A DNA stretch of 32,000 nt from Nanopusillaceae archaeon (GTDB taxonomy: Archaea > Nanobdellota > Nanobdellia > Nanobdellales > Nanobdellaceae), in NCBI GenBank assembly GCA_049974095.1, contig JBMFJD010000002.1, positions 30,001 to 62,000 of the forward strand. The letters are read 5' to 3'. Position 1 is the first letter of the stretch. Each line of letters opens with the position of its first letter. The notes beneath the pieces are model-generated. The model was given only the letters and a program-made list of their open reading frames with translations, was not told where the DNA came from and did not search any database. The position numbers and the translations under genes were made by a program. This document shows positions 10,201 through 17,533 of this stretch, piece after piece.

Positions 10201-11545
10201 TACATATTATCCAAATATTTCTAATACAAATCCTGGTGATGCGATAAATATAGGTAATATAAATGATGTTGGAGTAGGAAATCTTACGGTAAATGCTAGT
10301 TGGATATTGCCAGATCCTACAAATGAATATAGTAGTTTCTTATTACCAGAAAATACGCAGTTGCCAATCTATATATATTTCCCAACTAATGAATGTGCAC
10401 ATGTAGATTGTCAAATACCATATAATGTAAGTTATCAAAATGCATATGGATTAACAGTATATCCTGTAATTTCATATTCTGGATATGTAAATATAAAATG
10501 GGATAATTTATCAATATATACAAATCCATCATTAACAGAAGTAACATATGGAGAACCATCGAATATTACAATAGCTGTAGAAAATCTAGGACCAGTATCA
10601 GCAGAGAATATTTCTGCATATAATATACAATATAATCCTTCATGTATACAAATACTAAATATATATAATATTTCTTCGTTACCATCTGGAGAAACAGGAA
10701 ATTTAAATATAGAAATAAATATTACAAATTTGAATTGTAAGCCACAAGATTATAATATTTCATTCCAAGTATATGGTTGGAATACATATATATATAATTA
10801 TTCATTAATATTGCCAATTAGTTATATAATTAATCCTCCAAATGGAGCACAATTACAATCACAAACATTATTTAATATATATGATATAAATGCTCAAACA
10901 TGTTATATAATATTTAATAATGCTCCATACAATAGAAATTGTAATTCTCAATTTATATATCAATCTTCCATGTGTCCAGGCAGTATATGTAATACACAAA
11001 TACAATCAATAAATAATTATGCAGAATTCTATCAAAATTATACATATTATAATTATTTATCAAATCAAACAACAATATTTGGTATTTCGTTACAATCTCC
11101 AGTTATTAGTTTATATGTTGGACAAGAAGCAGATTATAATGTATTAATAAAAAATTTGGTACCAACAACAATATCATGTCAATTATTACCACCAATAACG
11201 CAAACTGGAAAAGCAAGTGTAGTTGGATATAGTATAAATGGACAATATGCAAATAAATTCAATATTTCACCAGAGGGAGCGGCATTATTAAATATATATG
11301 TAGTTGGTATAGCAAGCGGAATAGATAATCTAATATTTGGAATATCATGTAACTCATCGGTATATGGTTCTTATTCATATACGCAATCACCAATACCTGT
11401 ATATGTATTGACAACAGGTAATGTAATTGCAAATTATACTCAAACTAATATTATAGTATCAGAGAAAATAAATCCAATAAGTTTAATAAGTATTTCAGTA
11501 GGTATATTAATGGGTATCTTATTATCTTCTTCCTCTCTTATTTAA
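7265..11545 (+). CDS. Very large exported, sequon-rich surface protein (S-layer or adhesin candidate) built from two in-frame modules, each signal peptide + ectodomain + TM anchor
   Basis: N-terminal signal peptide MRKLYYLLFSLFFIPLSIFSQ and C-terminal TM anchor ISLISISVGILMGILL. An internal TM anchor (YILLLVSILIILLLIILF), then MRKKK, then a second signal-like helix (IFLLIILPLILLYFIHSQ) lie at 8765-8893. The ectodomains are rich in Asn, Tyr and Ser with many N-x-S/T sites. Motifs resembling beta-sandwich CARDB/NEW3-like domains are present (LQPGETLTIPLNYTISSDLSSGYYYIVAYL; EPSNITIAVENLGPVSAENISAY). Confidence 0.7.
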   Translation: MRKLYYLLFSLFFIPLSIFSQGINIWHESYLYNPVAFLNILLSNNYLNPGQTLYYNVTINYRDIYYLPNVSLVIQIIKVNDNNPIYPFQFTNDNEIYEYVVKNLYLQPGETLTIPLNYTISSDLSSGYYYIVAYLYTPLGNINGLPFIYYPGVYTKFYVNNPSGNYPTMYIVKNDTYISSGALYTWGSLLSSSGYYYSSLSGPTGYGVQNYINLTVDIYSSQNTNAVLKIIISPWDDILYSPVYEYEESVNLTGGNNIIEIPNTFVGNLTPNAYSLRIELISNNQVQSIYRLRFIVLGPTTRLDGVFLQGNGNLTFIVAPSPDHYTYPTTPNVVAQVYSNTLGFDKNISLGNISWYTTQFTYVNLQLPLNSSSFDLCINLYSNNILEYSYCTYYYINKNNIHGIPLSQLIYVNYTNNYFYICSNISGNLVISLNSLSNAIFSTNLYNSCYNYTFESNGTYYISFFSSQYSSEWTVEHIIYSPQQNYTTIKQTIQYKQSYNYSYILLLVSILIILLLIILFMRKKKIFLLIILPLILLYFIHSQNVEVTPNNVCYPADNVSIITQNFSGIVDVSYIFYNPNNISIIYSQGNYQYLNINLLNSIYVYNITLYNLTPGINQIIDYNITVENCTESKKLFVNCSYYNFTGSMNSSYPFYFEYYINPIYTGGDDAAYIIPGCQEAENLIDNTYFNFTVILPNVTSIVTRINCSGSGDPEWGQNLCDLYISNYDSNVGNYTFNGTYIFNNVLFNLSFIDNPLQVLSASNGGFTTTSCSHAGSDTSTNSNPLNININYYGPNQGTNYTYNGSMYILAQNTTLAFNVNGGYNVLCSDGVTNSGTPAVAVWLYSTDHFNLNSLNYIIGLSNLGINFTNYNVDRKIIYIAYPKEGFVYSGLDWTSPVQGSSSIYLYNFSMNSAGYYIVYQDYIKTICNSPLSYICDPDGKLCNIRHIQGQAEGWLPINPEPGYYILVINPNATVNLQNVTYYPNISNTNPGDAINIGNINDVGVGNLTVNASWILPDPTNEYSSFLLPENTQLPIYIYFPTNECAHVDCQIPYNVSYQNAYGLTVYPVISYSGYVNIKWDNLSIYTNPSLTEVTYGEPSNITIAVENLGPVSAENISAYNIQYNPSCIQILNIYNISSLPSGETGNLNIEINITNLNCKPQDYNISFQVYGWNTYIYNYSLILPISYIINPPNGAQLQSQTLFNIYDINAQTCYIIFNNAPYNRNCNSQFIYQSSMCPGSICNTQIQSINNYAEFYQNYTYYNYLSNQTTIFGISLQSPVISLYVGQEADYNVLIKNLVPTTISCQLLPPITQTGKASVVGYSINGQYANKFNISPEGAALLNIYVVGIASGIDNLIFGISCNSSVYGSYSYTQSPIPVYVLTTGNVIANYTQTNIIVSEKINPISLISISVGILMGILLSSSSLI

Positions 11546-11812
11546 TTTTTTAGTAACTTTATTTTTTATCTCAATTACAGCATCATGTGTTCCTATACCA
11601 GCAAATAAAGATGTTAAAATGTATGCATCAAAAAAATATGTTAATAATCCAACAATTGACAAATATATATGATGAATTTTTGCCTTATATTTCTTTGTTC
11701 TTGTTTGTATTTCAATAAAAAATTCTGGTGAGGATCTTTTTATAATATAATCTGAAGATATGAATCCTACAGTAAAGAATAATCCATATATGATAAATGG
11801 TAGAACATTCAT
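11522..11812 (-). CDS. Small two-TM membrane protein, unknown function
   Basis: 96-aa ORF with two hydrophobic helices and a basic C-terminal tail (KKLNKRGRR). It converges on the 1426-aa gene and overlaps it by 24 nt. I recognise no family. Confidence 0.35.
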   Translation of the reverse strand: MNVLPFIIYGLFFTVGFISSDYIIKRSSPEFFIEIQTRTKKYKAKIHHIYLSIVGLLTYFFDAYILTSLFAGIGTHDAVIEIKNKVTKKLNKRGRR

Positions 11813-11863
11813 TAAATATTTGTATTTATAGGATTTTAAAACCTTGTTGCTAAGAATAATATC

Positions 11864-12148
11864 ATGGAAATAAATATATTAAATAGGGAAAAAAATGCAT
11901 TATTAAATAGGGAGGAAATGCTTGTTAATATTGAACATAAAGGAGAAGCAACTCCTAAGAGGGAAGAATTAAGGAAAAAGATAGCAGCAATGATTGGAAA
12001 AGATGAAAAATTAATAATTGTAGAGAAAATATTAACAGAATTTGGAAAAAATAGATCTAGAGCATTTATAAATGTATATGAAAATGAAAATGATATGAAA
12101 AAAATTGAGCCAAAGCATATATTAAAAAGAAATAAAATAATACAATGA
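11864..12148 (+). CDS. rps24e: 30S ribosomal protein S24e
   Basis: [39 protein letters not shown]...[15 protein letters not shown] is the typical S24e pattern. An ATGA overlap links it to the downstream S27ae gene, which is the conserved archaeal pair. Confidence 0.9.
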   Translation: MEINILNREKNALLNREEMLVNIEHKGEATPKREELRKKIAAMIGKDEKLIIVEKILTEFGKNRSRAFINVYENENDMKKIEPKHILKRNKIIQ

Positions 12149-12351
12149 GCGAAAAAGAAAAACAATTACAAGTATTGAAATTATATAAATTAGAAAATGG
12201 AAAAGTAATAAGATTAAAGAAAATATGCCCTAGATGTGGAAGATTTATGGCGGAACATAAAGATAGATATCATTGTGGATATTGTGGATATACAGAATTT
12301 AAACAACAAATAAATAAAGCAATAATAAAGGAAATTGGAATACAAATATAA
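12145..12351 (+). CDS. rps27ae: 30S ribosomal protein S27ae
   Basis: 68 aa with the [39 protein letters not shown] zinc ribbon characteristic of S27ae. Confidence 0.9.
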   Translation: MSEKEKQLQVLKLYKLENGKVIRLKKICPRCGRFMAEHKDRYHCGYCGYTEFKQQINKAIIKEIGIQI

Positions 12352-12664
12352 GATAAAATATTTTGGACCTTTTAGATCTTTTATTGGTTTAATGTTTCAA
12401 ATACCAGAAAAGAATGCAATATATATATTAGATTTAAAAGAGGATGTTAAAGATGGATTTGTTCATACATTTTTTTGTCTAAAACCATTAGATATATATT
12501 TATTTAATTCTAAATTAGAATTAATTGATTTTAGAAAAAAATTAAAACCATTTAAAATAATTATTCCAAAAAGACCATTTAGATTTATAATAGAAGGATT
12601 AGATATAAATGAAGATAAAATTAATTTTTCTTTAGATTATCTAAAATCTTCCAAGATTATTTGA
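12335..12664 (+). CDS. DUF192-like small protein (start uncertain; the ORF track uses TTG)
   Basis: The pattern [10 protein letters not shown]...ILDL...[23 protein letters not shown]...FRFIIEG resembles DUF192/COG1430 (GLM..., .M.nt..pLDiif.d). The match is weak. Confidence 0.4.
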   Translation: MEYKYKIKYFGPFRSFIGLMFQIPEKNAIYILDLKEDVKDGFVHTFFCLKPLDIYLFNSKLELIDFRKKLKPFKIIIPKRPFRFIIEGLDINEDKINFSLDYLKSSKII

Positions 12665-13027
12665 TAAAATTTCTATTTCTATAAATAGTCTATCAATCAT
12701 ACTCTTTATTTCTTTTATATTATTATTTATCTGTCCAATTATTTCTGATTTAATTGTAGGTGTTATATAAGGATTTGTGGATATTTCTTTATAATATAAT
12801 TCTATATAATTTTTAACTAATTCTAAAATACCTATTATGACTTTTATTGTATTCATTAATGTATTTATTTCTTGTAATTGATATTGATATAAACCATGTT
12901 GATTTCCTTGAATTGTTTTTTCATAATTATTTAGGTTTTCAATATATAAAACATAATTATTTATCTGTCCAATTAAGTTTTTAATTTCTATTAATATTTT
13001 ATTTTCTTCTTCTTGAAAGTTATCCAT
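12641..13027 (-). CDS. Hypothetical coiled-coil protein
   Basis: 128-aa ORF with an ATG start and heptad-like Ile/Leu/Asn/Glu-rich sequence throughout. I recognise no family. It overlaps the convergent 12335-12664 ORF by 24 nt. Confidence 0.4.
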   Translation of the reverse strand: MDNFQEEENKILIEIKNLIGQINNYVLYIENLNNYEKTIQGNQHGLYQYQLQEINTLMNTIKVIIGILELVKNYIELYYKEISTNPYITPTIKSEIIGQINNNIKEIKSMIDRLFIEIEILSNNLGRF

Positions 13028-13062
13028 AAAATATGGTAGGGCTTTAGGATTTAATAATTTTA

Positions 13063-13118
13063 AAATCAGGGAGGAGGTGTATTCATCATTTTTCAGGCGC
13101 GCGCAACATCATCATATA
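13063..13118 (-). ncRNA. C/D box sRNA (2'-O-methylation guide)
   Basis: The minus strand reads AUGAUGA (C, 13115-13109), a 12-nt guide UGUUGCGCGCGC, CUGA (D', 13096-13093), AAA, AUGAUGA (C', 13089-13083), a 13-nt guide AUACACCUCCUCC and CUGA (D, 13069-13066). The two guides form the only strongly GC-rich patch in the window. The C box overlaps the udg TGA stop at 13114-13112. Confidence 0.7.
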
Positions 13119-13723
13119 TATTTTAATATCCCTACTTTATTATTATTTAAAACACTCTTTATTAACTTAAAATCATTATCAAATAATTCTCTCCATTCTT
13201 TATGATATAAAGTAGATGCAGGATGCAATGTTGGAATTATCTTTATTTCTTTCCCCCATTTATTTACTTTATATATTTTTCCTCTATCTTTCATAATTGA
13301 ATTAAATTTTATTCCAAAATATTCAAATATCCATTTTGTAGAATAATGTCCTAAAGTTATAATTATTTCTGGTTGAATTATTTCTAATTGTTTTTCTAAC
13401 CATATAGAACATGCTTTTATTTCTTCATCCTTTGGTTCTCTATTATTTGGAGGTCTACATTTTACAACATTTGTTATATATACATCCTTTCTATCGAGAT
13501 TGAATATATTTTTTATATTTTCATTTAAAACTTGTCCAGCTTTTCCTACAAAAGGTTTTCCTTGTATATCCTCATCTCTTCCTGGTGCTTCACCAATAAA
13601 TAATATTTTAGAATTTGGATTACCATCTCCAGGTACATAATTTTTCTTAAATTGATATAAAGGACATCTTTTACATTTAAGTATCTCTTCATTTAATTCA
13701 TTTATTTCCTCATTTTTATTCAT
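13112..13723 (-). CDS. udg: Uracil-DNA glycosylase, family 4 (Fe-S type)
   Basis: CKRCPL near the N-terminus, GEAPGRDEDIQGKPFVGKAGQVLN (family-4 motif A), NVVKCRPPNNR and a C-terminal HPAS motif. Length 203 aa. Confidence 0.9.
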   Translation of the reverse strand: MNKNEEINELNEEILKCKRCPLYQFKKNYVPGDGNPNSKILFIGEAPGRDEDIQGKPFVGKAGQVLNENIKNIFNLDRKDVYITNVVKCRPPNNREPKDEEIKACSIWLEKQLEIIQPEIIITLGHYSTKWIFEYFGIKFNSIMKDRGKIYKVNKWGKEIKIIPTLHPASTLYHKEWRELFDNDFKLIKSVLNNNKVGILKYI

Positions 13724-13758
13724 TGATAATATATAAAAATAATTTTTATTTTATTTTA

Positions 13759-14580
13759 ATGTTTGCTCATGCACAAGGAGAATTTGAAAAATCAAAATGG
13801 ATAATTGTAGGAATTCCATCAGAAATCGGTAGTTTATCTCATATAAAAAACTATTTAGAAGGACCTGAAGCAATTAGAGATGCTTCATATAGAATTTTTT
13901 CTCCAATATTTGGAAAAATAAATATGGAAGAAATATATGATTATGGAGATATAGATTTAGAAGATATAAAAGATTTAAGTAAAGTTTATGAGAAAATATA
14001 TAATGAAGTAAAGAAAATATATAGGAAAGATAAAAAATATATTTTTTTAGGAGGAGATCATTCAATTACATATCCAATATTAAAAATAATAAAAGAAAAT
14101 TGGGAAGATTTTTATTTATTATATTTTGATGCTCATCCAGATATCCATCCAGATCCATATCCAAATTATCAAAGTTTTATTTATCATTTAATTAAAGAAG
14201 GATATTTGGATCCAAAGAAAATAATATATGTAGGAATATCAAATTTATCATTTGAAGAAAGAAATATAATTGAAGAATGGAAAATAAAATATTATAATCC
14301 ATTAAATACTTGGGATAATATAAAAGAAATATCAAAAGAAATATCTGAAATTTTATATAATAAAAATGTTTATATTTCAATTGATATTGATGTATTTGAA
14401 AATGGATGTGGACATTGGTTAGAAGGTTTTGGAATAAGACCATATCATTATTTTAAAATTATTAGTGAATTAAATATTAATTTAATTGGATTTGATTTAT
14501 TAGAATTATTCTCTAATGAAGTATGTGACAATTTAGCTGCAAAAATTATAATAGAAACAATATCTATTTTTAATAAATAG
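13759..14580 (+). CDS. Ureohydrolase family protein (agmatinase/arginase-like)
   Basis: Mn-binding motifs GGDHSITYP, FDAHPDIHPD and ISIDIDVFE. I prefer the ATG at 13759 (MFAHAQGEF...) over the TTG at 13723, which would share its first base with the divergent udg start codon. Confidence 0.75.
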   Translation: MFAHAQGEFEKSKWIIVGIPSEIGSLSHIKNYLEGPEAIRDASYRIFSPIFGKINMEEIYDYGDIDLEDIKDLSKVYEKIYNEVKKIYRKDKKYIFLGGDHSITYPILKIIKENWEDFYLLYFDAHPDIHPDPYPNYQSFIYHLIKEGYLDPKKIIYVGISNLSFEERNIIEEWKIKYYNPLNTWDNIKEISKEISEILYNKNVYISIDIDVFENGCGHWLEGFGIRPYHYFKIISELNINLIGFDLLELFSNEVCDNLAAKIIIETISIFNK

Positions 14581-15613
14581 TATTTCCATATGTAATATGT
14601 AAACATAATATAGATAGACCAAGAATTCCAAATATTAATAAATTAATTGTAAAAATTTGAATGGAGAGAATTATATTTGTTGTATAATAAAAGAAAATAA
14701 AATTAAGAAAAGAAATAAATAAAATAAATATACCCGAAATTATACCCAGATTTATTTTATTTTTATCTGGAAAATTATGATATAGATAAGAATGGATAGC
14801 AATAAAAAATAAGAAAATAAAGAAATTAATATTTTGGAGTAAATATATTATTGAATTTTTTATAATAAATAAAAGTACAGTAAAAAATATATATAAAATA
14901 AGAAATAAAAATGGAAAATACATTGTAAAATTCTCTTTTTTATTTTCAAATACTTCTTTAATTATAATTATTATAGGAATTTCTAAAAAAGAGAATAATC
15001 CTGCTATCATAATAAAAAATATATTAATAGAGAAGATAGATAAAATAAATTGGAGAGAAATTAAGAAAAAAATTAATAGAAAAATATAATCTTTATATTT
15101 TTCAATAGAATTTAATTTATATAAATAATAAATTTTCTTATCATTTAAATTAAGCAAAAAGATTAATATAGATAATAAAAATAAGGAAAAAAGATTGATA
15201 TATTTTAAATAAAAAATAATTGTTGAATAAAAATAGATTATGAATAAAAAAATTATCTGTTTTCTATTTATAGATAGTTTATTTTCTCCAAAGAAATTTC
15301 CAATAAAATAAAATAAAAGAAAAAATGATAGAACATAGGAAAAATATTTAAATAATATATTATTAAAATTTAGAAAAAATAATTGGATTATTATTATAAT
15401 GTATGAGATTTTTATCATATTTATTTTAGTATAATTAATAAAAAAGTATAAAATAATAGAATAAAATATAAAGAAAACTAAATAAAAATAAAAATATGGA
15501 TTACTAATATAGAATGATAAGATAAATATTGATAAAATAATATAAATTATGTATAATTCAATATTGAAATATTTATTTTTATCAATTATCCTCTCTATAA
15601 AAGATTCATTCAT
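14570..15613 (-). CDS. Polytopic membrane protein, paralogue A (last gene of the surface locus)
   Basis: 347 aa, about 9-10 TM helices. Clearly paralogous to 17533-18696: NYTKINMIKISYIIIIIQLF vs KYTKSNTIKIIYILIIFQIF; EKYKDYIFLLIFFLISLQFILS vs DKYKKYIFMLIYFIILIQIILS; KKENFTMYF vs KRENFTIYF; IHSYLYHNFPDKNKINLGI vs IHYGLYKKYPDPLKKSLGI. Confidence 0.55.
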   Translation of the reverse strand: MNESFIERIIDKNKYFNIELYIIYIILSIFILSFYISNPYFYFYLVFFIFYSIILYFFINYTKINMIKISYIIIIIQLFFLNFNNILFKYFSYVLSFFLLFYFIGNFFGENKLSINRKQIIFLFIIYFYSTIIFYLKYINLFSLFLLSILIFLLNLNDKKIYYLYKLNSIEKYKDYIFLLIFFLISLQFILSIFSINIFFIMIAGLFSFLEIPIIIIIKEVFENKKENFTMYFPFLFLILYIFFTVLLFIIKNSIIYLLQNINFFIFLFFIAIHSYLYHNFPDKNKINLGIISGIFILFISFLNFIFFYYTTNIILSIQIFTINLLIFGILGLSILCLHITYGNTIY

Positions 15614-15635
15614 AATAAATTTATATTTGGATATT

Positions 15636-15643
15636 AATATAAA
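15636..15643 (-). promoter_or_regulatory. TATA-like box (TTTATATT on the minus strand)
   Basis: It ends 22 nt upstream of the ATG at 15613, in the 31-nt gap that precedes the gene. Confidence 0.3.
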
Positions 15644-15644
15644 A

Positions 15645-16304
15645 TTATGCTATTCTTATTTCATTTTCTCCAACTCTTTCCAAATATACATTTACAGATT
15701 TATACAATGTAATATTATTTACAAAATAACAAGGTAAAATATTACATATAACTTGTCCATTATAATTTGTTGTACATATTTCATTTCCAGAAATATTCGT
15801 TGGAAATAGAAATATAAAATATTGATGAGCAAATGTTTGATTTTCTAAACAAAAAATATATACAAAATAATAGAAATCTGAATAGAAGTTTTTGCAAATT
15901 ATAATATTAATATAATTTAATGTAAAATTTATAGATATGGGATAAGATATTTTTTCACAATTTCCGATAAAATTTAATATTCCAAAAGAATAGTTTCCAA
16001 CATATGCTCTAAATGGATATGGAAATATTGCACATGTTGGTAAAGAATTTTGGTAAAAAATACTAAAATATTCTAGTTTATCTGTAGTTGTATAATATAT
16101 AGGATAACTTTGATATCCCAAACAATTTGGAGAAAATAGATCATATAATATATCTTGAGAATAAGAAAATGTATTTTTTTGAGCATAATTATATAGATTT
16201 ATTGAAGAAAAAATACCAGTAATTATTATTATTCCGACTAAAAATAATACAATTAATATTGTTATAAATGTAATAGAAAATTGATTTTTTATCATTGATT
16301 GCAA
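15645..16304 (-). CDS. Exported Cys-containing protein with a prepilin-like N-terminus
   Basis: The N-terminus is MQSMIKNQFSITFITILIVLFLVGIIIITGIF. Starting at Met4 (16295) gives an ATGA overlap with the upstream stop and the leader M-I-K-N-Q. QFSITF resembles the Q-x-S-x-E-F start of archaeal class III signal-peptide proteins. There are 8 Cys after the helix. Confidence 0.5.
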   Translation of the reverse strand: MQSMIKNQFSITFITILIVLFLVGIIIITGIFSSINLYNYAQKNTFSYSQDILYDLFSPNCLGYQSYPIYYTTTDKLEYFSIFYQNSLPTCAIFPYPFRAYVGNYSFGILNFIGNCEKISYPISINFTLNYINIIICKNFYSDFYYFVYIFCLENQTFAHQYFIFLFPTNISGNEICTTNYNGQVICNILPCYFVNNITLYKSVNVYLERVGENEIRIA

Positions 16305-17533
16305 TATGTATTTACTTGTATTTGAGATGGGCAGATTACTCCTTCAGCACAGTTTAAATTACATCCACACTGAACATTTATCCAACATACATAACATTGT
16401 GCTGGTATGGATTCATAGTATGTAAATTCTATAGTTTTAGTATTATTTTCTTTGGAAATAATTTGAGATGTTCCACATCCTTCTTGTGAATTACAAGAAT
16501 TTTGAGCATTTGTTAAATTACAAGTTAATGGCAAAGGAGTTATTATTTCATTATTTGTTGTATTAATTTGATATTCGCATTGATATTCACATATTTTATA
16601 TGCATATTGAGTAACATTCTGATAATATACTACAGAACTAATATATATTGATTGTGGTTTTGTTTTTCCTAAAAAATATACATTATATTGCGTATCTTCG
16701 CAATATAATCCTATAATACAGGCTATACCTTGAGGATATTGGCAAACTGTATTACATGTAGCATATGGTAAATCACATTGATATTTTGTTATACTTTCAT
16801 TGCATTTTATATATGGATTATTTGACATTTGTTCAAATATTTGAGCACATGTATTTTGAGGACTTTTTCCTTCTAATGCATTTATACAATCTTGTAAGGA
16901 ACATTGAGAAAAAACACCAGAAATAGAAAACGAATAAGATAAGTTATATAAATAAAATGCAGGATTGTTTGTTATATTTACAGAAATATTAAATGGAATA
17001 TAAGATCCAGAGCTATTACTTGTTGTTATTATAGTTAATCCATTAGCTTGTATTGGGAAATAATAATTGTATTCTCCTGAATTAATCTCGCTACAATTTC
17101 CAATTATTGATGCATTATAATTATTTGTAAAATTAACTGTTATACTATATGGATAATAAAAATTTAAAGCTTGTAAATTTGTTAATCCATAAGAAATAAC
17201 TGATTCATAATTTATTGTTAATAGATTATTATAATAATTTAATGCTTGTTGACATGAAGGGGGTAAATTGCATCCCTCTGGTACAGAAGCCCAAAAGGTA
17301 TCATTCCATGAAGTTACTCCAGCAAGATACGAACTACTATATCCTTGTTGAATTAAAGATGTATATAAATAACCTAAAAAATAATTTGAAAGAGTTATTG
17401 AAGATGTATATCTTACAAAAACCTGGTTTTGTTTGTATTGAAATGAAAGAGAATAAAATGTTAATAATATTACAATTATTATTAAAGCCAAAAATAGAAT
17501 TGTATATATAATTTCTGCCTGACTTTTCATCAT
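16292..17533 (-). CDS. Exported Cys-rich protein with a prepilin-like N-terminus (413 aa)
   Basis: MMKSQAEIIYTILFLALIIIVILLTFYSL, i.e. a K-S-Q leader followed by one long hydrophobic helix. There are 24 Cys, all after the helix, densest at the C-terminus (CYVCWINVQCGCNLNCAEGVIC). Many N-x-S/T sites. TAATG junction with the upstream gene. Confidence 0.5.
   Translation of the reverse strand: MMKSQAEIIYTILFLALIIIVILLTFYSLSFQYKQNQVFVRYTSSITLSNYFLGYLYTSLIQQGYSSSYLAGVTSWNDTFWASVPEGCNLPPSCQQALNYYNNLLTINYESVISYGLTNLQALNFYYPYSITVNFTNNYNASIIGNCSEINSGEYNYYFPIQANGLTIITTSNSSGSYIPFNISVNITNNPAFYLYNLSYSFSISGVFSQCSLQDCINALEGKSPQNTCAQIFEQMSNNPYIKCNESITKYQCDLPYATCNTVCQYPQGIACIIGLYCEDTQYNVYFLGKTKPQSIYISSVVYYQNVTQYAYKICEYQCEYQINTTNNEIITPLPLTCNLTNAQNSCNSQEGCGTSQIISKENNTKTIEFTYYESIPAQCYVCWINVQCGCNLNCAEGVICPSQIQVNTYCNQ

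Noticed and set aside
13070-13082. The D-guide of the C/D sRNA contains CACCUCCU, which is identical to the conserved 3' tail (anti-Shine-Dalgarno) of 16S rRNA. It is tempting to read this as an anti-SD mimic that pairs with SD sequences in mRNAs.
   Set aside because: An 8-nt identity is easily coincidental, the genes here appear largely leaderless, and an rRNA or tRNA methylation target is the default expectation. This cannot be tested without the rRNA sequences.
13723-13758. TTG-initiated N-terminal extension (MIIYKNNFYFIL) of the ureohydrolase ORF.
   Set aside because: The extension would share its first base with the divergent udg start codon and would leave no promoter space. The ATG at 13759 is preceded by an ATATATAAAAAT box at the usual spacing. 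I kept 13759 as the start.
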